Source of the DNA: a virus
Lineage: Duplodnaviria > Caudoviricetes
DNA length: 38,392 nucleotides
Direction: 5' to 3' (one strand)
Virus record (IMG/VR): IMGVR_UViG_3300044724_000815
Location: 1 to 38,392 of that record
A model generated the notes under the pieces. That model searched no databases. It worked only from the letters and a program-made list of their open reading frames with translations, and was not told the origin of the DNA. The position numbers were made by a program, and so were the translations under genes. Positions 1 through 6,751 of the stretch are shown one piece after another; within the stretch, counting starts at the first letter, position 1; every line of letters begins with the position of its first letter.

Positions 1-13
1 ATATTATATAATA

Positions 14-49
14 ATAAAATATATATATATTTATATATATATATTTTAT
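14..49. repeat. 17-bp perfect inverted repeat in an A/T-only tract
   Basis: ATAAAATATATATATAT (14-30) and ATATATATATATTTTAT (33-49) are reverse complements; positions 1-63 contain only A/T. Confidence 0.8.
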
Positions 50-93
50 ATTATATATTATTTCATTAACCACTTTTTTCTGGAGGAAAAATT

Positions 94-300
94 ATGGAAT
101 TAACTAATGAAGAAATTGTATCAAGTAAAATACTTGAAGCAGAAAGGCATTTAGAAAAATTAATTGAAGCAATGAAAATTGTAGACTTGTTAGACAATGG
201 AGATTTACACGAGCAATTAATTACTTGGATAGAAACAGAAAAAACACTAACTTGGATTATATCAAGGTTTAAACAAATAGGAGTTATAAATGAAAAATAA
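94..300 (+). CDS. hypothetical early protein
   Basis: 68-aa ORF with GGAGG SD upstream. Confidence 0.7.
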   Translation: MELTNEEIVSSKILEAERHLEKLIEAMKIVDLLDNGDLHEQLITWIETEKTLTWIISRFKQIGVINEK

Positions 301-523
301 AACAAGCAACTACCCTTTAGCAGGGTACTTAATTAGTTTTTATGGTTTAATGTTTATGATTGTTTGTTTACCACTTTATCACTTTGATAACATAATGAAC
401 CTATTAAGTCTTGAACATTTAATAAATGAGCCTAGAGTTTTAGTGTGGTTCTTTTTGGAGTGGATTGGTTTATGCGTTATTGCTCTTGGTTTAGCAATAG
501 CAGGACTGATTCCTTGGAAATAA
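290..523 (+). CDS. small membrane protein (2 TM)
   Basis: AGGAG SD, overlaps the previous gene, two hydrophobic segments. Confidence 0.7.
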   Translation: MKNKTSNYPLAGYLISFYGLMFMIVCLPLYHFDNIMNLLSLEHLINEPRVLVWFFLEWIGLCVIALGLAIAGLIPWK

Positions 524-533
524 ATATTAACTA

Positions 534-588
534 TTGCACTATGCAACTCCCTAGTGTAGTGTAATAGCTAGTATTTAGATAATACTAG
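534..588 (+). promoter_or_regulatory. possible promoter with palindromic sites
   Basis: TTGCAC-17 nt-TAGTGT (534-562); palindromes TTGCA-CTA-TGCAA (534-546) and CTAGTATT-N5-AATACTAG (568-588). Confidence 0.4.
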
Positions 589-622
589 ATGCAGATTTTT
601 TATAACTTAATGGAGATTAAAT

Positions 623-829
623 ATGAAAACATTAATTGAAAACGTAAAATACAGAATCAGACCAAACAGAATGTTTACTAGAGGTAAGGTTCAACATTGG
701 TATGGAATCAAAGGTAGAGGTAAAGATACTTTACTATCAATATACTTTGGAAGCTATGCTTTATATGTGTTTAAGCCTAGTACATTCTGGAGTTTAGACA
801 GAGCCAAACTTAATACAAACAACCAATAA
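623..829 (+). CDS. basic hypothetical early protein
   Basis: GGAG SD; 68 aa, K/R- and aromatic-rich. Confidence 0.7.
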   Translation: MKTLIENVKYRIRPNRMFTRGKVQHWYGIKGRGKDTLLSIYFGSYALYVFKPSTFWSLDRAKLNTNNQ

Positions 830-841
830 AGGGGATTAGTT

Positions 842-1591
842 ATGAATACCAATGGTGCTATATTTTATGAAAACGATAGTATCGTTGGTATCATAACAGG
901 TTTAATGAGTGGTTCAAGTAATACAAAAACAGGTGCTATGCTTCAAACATGGATATTAGTTAAGAATGTTAATCCTATTGAAGCTGTCAACACAGGAGCA
1001 GACAAGCTAGTATGTGGTGACTGTAAGCACAGAGGAACTATACAACCTGTTAATGATACCAAAGATAAAAAATCATATTCAGTAAAGAATGGATTGAAAA
1101 CAATTAACAAAGGTAGAAAATGCTATGTTAAATTATTTCAAGCACCTTACTCAGTATGGAAAGCATATAAGAATAATAAATATCCAAAGATAAATATAAA
1201 TAAATTATCACATATGTTAACATTTAAACAGGTAAGAGTGGGTAGCTATGGTGACCCTGCTATGATACCTAGTGAAGTATGGGATAAATTAATTAGCAGG
1301 TCGTTAGGAAATACAGGATATACGCATCAATGGAAGAGATGCGATACTAAAAATTCTACTTTCAATATGGCAAGTGTTGACACATTGGAAGAGAAAAGAC
1401 AGGCAAACAAGCTAGGCTATAGAACCTTTAGAACCAGACTAGCAAGTGAGCCTATCGAACCAGACGAGGTAGTATGCTTGTCTGACAAAGTAGCAAGGGA
1501 AGGAAAGACTTTAGTTCCTTGTAGTTTATGTAAGATGTGTAGTGGTAACAACAGTCAAGTAAAGAAAAACATCACTATCATAATACATTAA
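842..1591 (+). CDS. Cys-rich gp88/DUF7227-like protein, possibly Fe-S/radical-SAM-like
   Basis: NTKTG, CGDC..CY, RVGSYGDP, GYTHQW, MASVD, RTFR and C-terminal CSLCKMC motifs. Confidence 0.6.
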   Translation: MNTNGAIFYENDSIVGIITGLMSGSSNTKTGAMLQTWILVKNVNPIEAVNTGADKLVCGDCKHRGTIQPVNDTKDKKSYSVKNGLKTINKGRKCYVKLFQAPYSVWKAYKNNKYPKININKLSHMLTFKQVRVGSYGDPAMIPSEVWDKLISRSLGNTGYTHQWKRCDTKNSTFNMASVDTLEEKRQANKLGYRTFRTRLASEPIEPDEVVCLSDKVAREGKTLVPCSLCKMCSGNNSQVKKNITIIIH

Positions 1592-1618
1592 TTTTATAAA
1601 CCTAAATGGAGAATACGC

Positions 1619-2089
1619 ATGAAAAAAGATAAATTTATAAATAAAATAGTAAACAATAGAAATACTGTACTAAAGAAAACTACCTATCGTTCAGGACTAG
1701 AGAATTATCTAGCTTTCTATGGCTATGGTTGGTACAAAATGGGTATAACTAACAATCCAGAGAGAAGAGAAAAGGAACTCAATATCTACCACTTCTCACA
1801 GGTAAAGATTATATCTACAATAAAGGTTGAAGGACAAGGAGTATTTACTGCAGAGAAGGAACTGATTAAGGTATTCAAGGATAGTGGAGCAAAAACTAAA
1901 GGAGAGTTTGTATACATACCATCAGTAGAACCAGAGGTAGTAGCTAAGAAGTATCAAGAGATAATGATTAACACAGTTAAGAAGTTAAGAAAGAATACCT
2001 TTAACAGTATGAGAAAGACTAACAATGTACTGAGAAAGAATGGCTACGATACAATCAAAACAGATGTTAGTTTAACTATTAGTAAATAA
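1619..2089 (+). CDS. GIY-YIG superfamily (T5orf172-like) protein
   Basis: YKMGITNNPERREKELN..AEKEL..GEF motif pattern. Confidence 0.65.
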   Translation: MKKDKFINKIVNNRNTVLKKTTYRSGLENYLAFYGYGWYKMGITNNPERREKELNIYHFSQVKIISTIKVEGQGVFTAEKELIKVFKDSGAKTKGEFVYIPSVEPEVVAKKYQEIMINTVKKLRKNTFNSMRKTNNVLRKNGYDTIKTDVSLTISK

Positions 2090-2093
2090 GGTA

Positions 2094-2122
2094 TTGATTA
2101 ATTGTTAAATATAATATATAAT
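2094..2122 (+). promoter_or_regulatory. sigma70-type promoter
   Basis: TTGATT (2094-2099), 17 nt, TATAAT (2117-2122); intergenic. Confidence 0.75.
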
Positions 2123-2143
2123 TCATTTTAGAAAGGAAATATT

Positions 2144-2326
2144 ATGAGTAAAGATTGTTCAATATGTGGAAGTAAGATACCACCACACACTACTCCAGAA
2201 GGGGTAGTGTATTGGGAAGGTGGACATAATGCAGAGCCATACACATCTGGTAGATGTTGTGACTTATGTCATGGAGAGTTTGTCTTACCTGCTAGACTTA
2301 AACAAATGAGAGAGGAGAGAGTATGA
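2144..2326 (+). CDS. small zinc-finger-like phage protein
   Basis: CSIC..GHNAEP..GRCCDLCH; AAGGA SD. Confidence 0.75.
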   Translation: MSKDCSICGSKIPPHTTPEGVVYWEGGHNAEPYTSGRCCDLCHGEFVLPARLKQMREERV

Positions 2327-2634
2327 AATACAAAGAAGTAACAGAAACAGTAACAACATATCCAGACTTAGATGAGGAAGAGAAACAATCTCTTAGAGAT
2401 AATCCTAAGAGTTGGAGAGTGTTTGTTACAAAAATAATTGTTGAAGAGTTTGTTGTTGATGCAGACACACAGGAAGATGCTGAATATGATGCTATGCAAA
2501 AAGCAGAGAACTCTTCAGACCCAGATGGTTCAGAGATAGAAACTATAACTGTTGACTATGCTGAACTTGATAGAGAAACATATCAAGATGATGAAATAGA
2601 ATATATACAAGAGGAGGTGTTAGATGTCACATAA
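2323..2634 (+). CDS. highly acidic protein with DpnD/PcfM-like segment
   Basis: WRVFVTKIIVEEFVVDADTQEDAE pattern; ATGA overlap; D/E-rich. Confidence 0.65.
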   Translation: MKYKEVTETVTTYPDLDEEEKQSLRDNPKSWRVFVTKIIVEEFVVDADTQEDAEYDAMQKAENSSDPDGSEIETITVDYAELDRETYQDDEIEYIQEEVLDVT

Positions 2635-2842
2635 TGGTAATGAAGAACTAAAAGAACAAGCCTTTAATGATGTAGTAGACCAATACATAGAGCAAGGCTA
2701 CACAGAAGAAGAAGCCATAGCTTTAGCTAATAAGTTTGCTGAAGACAACTCAGACTTCTGGCATGATGAAGAGCCATTAAGCTATGATGGATATGAACAA
2801 GAAGATTTATCAGACATGGATAGAGAGGAGCCTTGCATATGA
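2624..2842 (+). CDS. highly acidic hypothetical protein
   Basis: GGAGG SD; D/E-rich 72 aa. Confidence 0.75.
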   Translation: MSHNGNEELKEQAFNDVVDQYIEQGYTEEEAIALANKFAEDNSDFWHDEEPLSYDGYEQEDLSDMDREEPCI

Positions 2843-3051
2843 GTAAAGAAAAAGAACTAAAAGAAAGATTAATTAAATTAGATAATGAATACGAATGTAG
2901 TATTGCTTCAGGTACACATAGAGAACCTGATGAAATATCTGATGATGCGTATAGAGTTATCAATGAATTAATTTCTGATGAAAATATTACAGATATAAAA
3001 AGTGTAGATGATGCTCACGATTATGTAGATTGGTACAAAGAAAGACATTAA
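2839..3051 (+). CDS. acidic hypothetical protein
   Basis: GAGGAG SD; ATGA overlap at 2839. Confidence 0.7.
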   Translation: MSKEKELKERLIKLDNEYECSIASGTHREPDEISDDAYRVINELISDENITDIKSVDDAHDYVDWYKERH

Positions 3052-3071
3052 TAAATAACAATGGAGAAAAT

Positions 3072-3338
3072 ATGAAGAACTTATTTGGAAAATCAAGAAC
3101 AGTAGACAACCCTTATGCTACCTATAGACTAGGTAACTTTGAGTGGAGAGTATTAAAAACATATCAAAGAAAAGATAAAGAAGATGCCAACCAATATTCA
3201 AGGTGGTTTACTGCCTGTAAATCCCCTTACACTTATGATAGTTGGGAGTATGGAGATGCTTATATCAATGAGATTATGAGTGTAAATCCTGTGCTTGTAA
3301 GTGCTACTGATGAGTGGAAAGAAACTTATAAGAGTTAA
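3072..3338 (+). CDS. hypothetical phage protein
   Basis: GGAG SD before ATG 3072; aromatic-rich, WRVLKTYQ..SWEYGD. Confidence 0.75.
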   Translation: MKNLFGKSRTVDNPYATYRLGNFEWRVLKTYQRKDKEDANQYSRWFTACKSPYTYDSWEYGDAYINEIMSVNPVLVSATDEWKETYKS

Positions 3339-3343
3339 AAATA

Positions 3344-3482
3344 ATTCCTGATTTCGCTGATGTGAAAGAGGGATAAATGTGGTTTGTTGAGGGTTGCCCT
3401 AGTTCTTCCACTAAAAAAAGGAACTAAATTGCGAGTAATGTTTTTGGTAGTTTTTAGACTCTAAAAGAAAAAACTACCACAT
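3344..3482 (+). other. structured intergenic region with three hairpins
   Basis: stems 3344-3374, 3400-3426 and 3445-3479 (11-bp perfect); the longest non-coding gap of the early region. Confidence 0.5.
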
Positions 3483-3497
3483 AATATGGAGAATACA

Positions 3498-3668
3498 ATG
3501 AAGCTACGACAAGAACAAAAACATAAACTTGAGATGATGCTAGACGAAGCAGAAGATTTAGTAGAAGAGTTACAGAATAGTAAACTTAATAAAAGAGAAA
3601 GACTAAAAGCATGGCAGACATTAGAAGCAATATTAAAACTAATGAGATGGGAGATTAGAGATGAGTAA
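3498..3668 (+). CDS. hypothetical helical protein
   Basis: GGAG SD before ATG 3498. Confidence 0.7.
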   Translation: MKLRQEQKHKLEMMLDEAEDLVEELQNSKLNKRERLKAWQTLEAILKLMRWEIRDE

Positions 3669-3933
3669 AAGATTTAAACAAGTAAACATACAACAGTTTG
3701 CTATACTTGTGCAAGAAGTAGATATATCTAAGTATAGTCAAGAAGAGTATGTAGATATTATAGAAGAAATATATATGACTATCTTCAGACATAATACTGA
3801 TGGAGATTTTGTTATACCTACTATGCCTAACGAAGAAGGTAATTGGAAGGTGCATAAGTCTTCTGCTACCAAAGAAGAAGTAATGGAACTAATCAAGGAA
3901 GGGAGAGTTATATGGAACAAAGAAGTAATCTAA
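3661..3933 (+). CDS. hypothetical protein
   Basis: 90-aa ORF translationally coupled to neighbours. Confidence 0.7.
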   Translation: MSKRFKQVNIQQFAILVQEVDISKYSQEEYVDIIEEIYMTIFRHNTDGDFVIPTMPNEEGNWKVHKSSATKEEVMELIKEGRVIWNKEVI

Positions 3934-4118
3934 CACCACGAGAGCATTGGGAATTGCACCAAGGAGTATGGAGTAATCTAGGTTGTGATATGCAAGTATA
4001 CAAACAAGATTCTGATAGGATAATATACATTGACAAGAATAGTAAATGGGCATACAAATATGAGCATGGAGTTATAGAAAGAAAACTACAAACAAATCCT
4101 GATAGGAGGTATAGATGA
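3912..4118 (+). CDS. hypothetical protein
   Basis: GGGAG SD; 68 aa. Confidence 0.65.
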   Translation: MEQRSNLTPREHWELHQGVWSNLGCDMQVYKQDSDRIIYIDKNSKWAYKYEHGVIERKLQTNPDRRYR

Positions 4119-4282
4119 GCATAACTTTACAAAGATTAAAAAATGCAGTAAAAGATATAAAAGAAAATTCCTATGAAGGTAATGACAGTCATAGTACAGC
4201 AGAGTATAGAGGTATATGTGATGGACTAGATAGGTTATTAGAACACTTTAAGGAACTAGAGGAGAATAAAGATGCCAAGTAA
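4115..4282 (+). CDS. hypothetical protein (55 aa, below ORF-track cutoff)
   Basis: AGGAGG SD; MSITLQRLKNAVKDIK..KDAK. Confidence 0.7.
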   Translation: MSITLQRLKNAVKDIKENSYEGNDSHSTAEYRGICDGLDRLLEHFKELEENKDAK

Positions 4283-4442
4283 AGCTAAGATAAAAAAGAA
4301 ACCTAAAATTACTTGGGGTTGGATATATGGAGATGAGTGTCCAGAGCTATGGGAACACTTTGGCTTTCCATATCCAGAACCAGATGATAGAATGAAAATT
4401 AAGTTTGTTAAATATGAATCAAAGGAGATGCAAGATGGCTAA
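4272..4442 (+). CDS. hypothetical protein (56 aa, below cutoff)
   Basis: GAGGAG SD; MPSKAKIKKKPKITWGWIYGDECPELWEHFG.. Confidence 0.7.
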   Translation: MPSKAKIKKKPKITWGWIYGDECPELWEHFGFPYPEPDDRMKIKFVKYESKEMQDG

Positions 4443-4620
4443 GTATACATTGTATGCAAAGAAAGTTTATTACTATCGTAAAGAAATTACTGCTCAAGAT
4501 AGTAAGAGTGCAGAGAAAAGAGGTGCTGACTATGAAGCAGATGACAATGCAGAAAGATTGTTTGAACCTTCAGGTGAGGAGTTTTATATAACAAGTATAG
4601 AGGAGAGTGATGATGACTAG
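4435..4620 (+). CDS. small acidic DpnD/PcfM-like protein
   Basis: AAGGAG SD; YTLYAKKVYYYRKEITAQDSKSAE pattern. Confidence 0.65.
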   Translation: MAKYTLYAKKVYYYRKEITAQDSKSAEKRGADYEADDNAERLFEPSGEEFYITSIEESDDD

Positions 4621-4777
4621 ACAAGAAAAAGAAGCATTAGGTATATCAAAGTATGAAGAACTATGTGAAGCATTAGTAGGAGATAACTCTACTAAAAGAT
4701 ATACTCACGAAGATATAGTTTCATATATCTATAACTTAAAAAAGATAGAGGAGAAATTTTATGACAACAAAAACTAA
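4613..4777 (+). CDS. hypothetical protein (54 aa, below cutoff)
   Basis: AGGAG SD; fills the gap between 4620 and 4761. Confidence 0.65.
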   Translation: MTRQEKEALGISKYEELCEALVGDNSTKRYTHEDIVSYIYNLKKIEEKFYDNKN

Positions 4778-5063
4778 ACCAAAAATAGATGCAGTAACAT
4801 TAAATTTAGTTAATGTACTAAAGCAGATAGATGATAAACTCAATGAAGGTTCTTGGGAGTATATAAATCTAGGAGATGTATTAAGATTTCAAGATGTTTA
4901 TAATGAAACTATAAAGCACTACGACCTAAAGAAAGAAGGTGGTATACACGACTATGGAGCAGATAAAGGTAAGTACCAACAGTTTTATTATAGTAATTAT
5001 GTATGTCACACAGACCCAAAAGCATTTGACCCAAGCAAAGTAGAGGAGGAAGATGATGAGTAA
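4761..5063 (+). CDS. hypothetical protein
   Basis: GAGGAG SD; 100 aa. Confidence 0.75.
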   Translation: MTTKTKPKIDAVTLNLVNVLKQIDDKLNEGSWEYINLGDVLRFQDVYNETIKHYDLKKEGGIHDYGADKGKYQQFYYSNYVCHTDPKAFDPSKVEEEDDE

Positions 5064-5313
5064 ATATAAATATAGATTAGAAGAATGGTCAGAAGATACA
5101 CGAAGTTATACTATAGAATGTGACATAAAACTTTCAAAAGATGAAGTAGATTTTGCAATTTCTGAAGCAGATATAAATTATGAAGAGTCAGAAACAACAC
5201 ATAAAATTCCATTAGGTGATGATACTATTGTACACGTTACCTATCATGGTAATGAATGGGGTGATGGAAGTTCAGAGATAACAGAAGGACAGGAGGACTT
5301 AGAAGATGATTAA
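5053..5313 (+). CDS. highly acidic hypothetical protein
   Basis: GGAGGA SD; D/E-rich. Confidence 0.75.
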   Translation: MMSKYKYRLEEWSEDTRSYTIECDIKLSKDEVDFAISEADINYEESETTHKIPLGDDTIVHVTYHGNEWGDGSSEITEGQEDLEDD

Positions 5314-5632
5314 ATATATTATATATACACAAAAGAATTGTGCCTTCTGCAAGAAAGCTAAACATTTATTAGATGAAGCAGAAGAAGTATACGAAGAAAG
5401 ATTACTAGATACACCTGCAAAAATAAAAAGATTTAGAGAAGCAGGACATAAGACTGTGCCACAAATCTTTCTACACATAGGTGGGTACACAGAACTAGAA
5501 GATTTTTTGTTTCCACCAGACATAGAGTTTGATGCAGACATAAATTTAGTAGAAGAAACTAGACCTAGTGCAAAGGTGTTACCTTTCAAAGGACAGATAG
5601 GTGCTATATCAGGAGAAAAGAAAGATGAGTAA
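5306..5632 (+). CDS. grx: glutaredoxin
   Basis: CAFC active site, TVPQIF cis-Pro motif, IGGYTEL. Confidence 0.9.
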   Translation: MIKYIIYTQKNCAFCKKAKHLLDEAEEVYEERLLDTPAKIKRFREAGHKTVPQIFLHIGGYTELEDFLFPPDIEFDADINLVEETRPSAKVLPFKGQIGAISGEKKDE

Positions 5633-5789
5633 AAAAATTAAATGTCAAAGATGTAAAATAAATAAAGCATATCCAGAAGATATGGAGAACAGAGCAAGTA
5701 ATCTTTTACTATGTGATGACTGCTATACAGAACTAAGATACTTGATGGCAGATTATTTAAATATAAATATACAGGAGATTAAGGTATGA
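5625..5789 (+). CDS. small zinc-finger protein
   Basis: CQRC..LCDDC; AGGAG SD before ATG 5625. Confidence 0.7.
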   Translation: MSKKIKCQRCKINKAYPEDMENRASNLLLCDDCYTELRYLMADYLNINIQEIKV

Positions 5790-5947
5790 GTAGAAAAAAC
5801 AAAGACTTAAACAACAAAGTTGAGAAACAAACTCAAGACTTTTTAGGATTCCTATGGACTAATTGGGTTCTAATAGGCATAGGTTTTATGATGTGCTTTA
5901 TATGGTTCTGTGTATGTTGGACTGTGTGTTGGATATTTACAAGCTAA
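5786..5947 (+). CDS. small Cys/Trp-rich membrane protein (53 aa)
   Basis: AGGAG SD, ATGA overlap; ..WVLIGIGFMMCFIWFCVCWTVCWIFTS. Confidence 0.65.
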   Translation: MSRKNKDLNNKVEKQTQDFLGFLWTNWVLIGIGFMMCFIWFCVCWTVCWIFTS

Positions 5948-5950
5948 CTG

Positions 5951-5979
5951 TTGACTATTAGATATTTATAATATATAAT
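5951..5979 (+). promoter_or_regulatory. sigma70-type promoter
   Basis: TTGACT, 17 nt, TATAAT. Confidence 0.8.
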
Positions 5980-5989
5980 AAGGAAAGAT

Positions 5990-6193
5990 ATGAGAAAAGA
6001 AATGTATGTAATAGCTATGCCTTATCCTTTTAATACTAAGCTACCTGATATTTTAGAAGAAGATGATGGTACAGTAATGTATTTTAATAATAAAGCAGAA
6101 GCTAAAAGTTTTTTACAAAATTTATATGACGAAAGACAAATACATATGAAAGCATTAGTAGATGATAACATAGATATAATGAGGGTACAATGA
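5990..6193 (+). CDS. hypothetical protein
   Basis: AAGGA SD; 67 aa. Confidence 0.7.
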   Translation: MRKEMYVIAMPYPFNTKLPDILEEDDGTVMYFNNKAEAKSFLQNLYDERQIHMKALVDDNIDIMRVQ

Positions 6194-6384
6194 CAATAGA
6201 AACATATGAGATAGCATTAAGAGAAAAAGAAAGAGAAGTACATACTTTAAGAGTTAGAGTAAAAGAATTAGTATCAGTTGTGTCTTCTCAAAAAAAAGAA
6301 CTGACTGCTTTAAAAGTAAGAAGTGACTTTGGATATAACTTAGTTAGTGAAAATCCAGATGCAGGACATATTAAAGATGAGTAA
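6190..6384 (+). CDS. coiled-coil hypothetical protein
   Basis: ATGA overlap; heptad pattern. Confidence 0.7.
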   Translation: MTIETYEIALREKEREVHTLRVRVKELVSVVSSQKKELTALKVRSDFGYNLVSENPDAGHIKDE

Positions 6385-6514
6385 CGATAGAGAAAGAAGA
6401 TTAAAAGCTACAGGAAAATGGTTTCAAGGTAGCATTAAAAGAAACTTATGGGTAAACCATTTGTTTCCTATACTTTTAACTGTAAGTTTTATATTTTATT
6501 TACTTACATTATAA
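6377..6514 (+). CDS. small membrane protein (45 aa)
   Basis: MSNDRERRLKATGKWF.. with a C-terminal hydrophobic segment. Confidence 0.6.
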   Translation: MSNDRERRLKATGKWFQGSIKRNLWVNHLFPILLTVSFIFYLLTL

Positions 6515-6528
6515 CAAGAGAGAGTAAG

Positions 6529-6708
6529 ATGAATTTATTAGAAGAAGAAATAAAAGAACTAATTAAAGAAAGATATTATGAGTACCTTGAAGAAGGTTAT
6601 GAATCTTTTGAAGCTATGGAATTAGCTAAGAGAGATATACATGAAACAAAAGAAGTAGAGATAGATGCTTATAATAAAGTATATGATGGTTCTTTTGAGG
6701 TTGACTAA
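6529..6708 (+). CDS. acidic hypothetical protein
   Basis: likely start at ATG 6529 (MNLLEEEIKE..). Confidence 0.7.
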   Translation: MNLLEEEIKELIKERYYEYLEEGYESFEAMELAKRDIHETKEVEIDAYNKVYDGSFEVD

Positions 6709-6729
6709 TAGTATTTAATACTATATAAT
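6701..6729 (+). promoter_or_regulatory. sigma70-type promoter for the replication operon, with a palindrome in the spacer
   Basis: TTGACT, 17 nt, TATAAT; ATAGTATT-T-AATACTAT at 6708-6724. Confidence 0.8.
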
Positions 6730-6751
6730 AAAATTTTTAATGGGGATTAAT

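Noticed and set aside
1619-2089. GIY-YIG gene as an intron-encoded homing endonuclease
   Set aside because: Free-standing with its own SD; flanking genes are intact; no intron or intein seen in pol or nrdJ
3307-3337. CTGATGA..GAAAC resembling a hammerhead ribozyme core
   Set aside because: No stem II or stem I can form, and it lies in coding sequence (TDEWKETY)
5786-5947. Resemblance to aa3-type cytochrome oxidase subunit IV
   Set aside because: Only a vague Q.F.GF plus TM similarity; not supportable without a profile search
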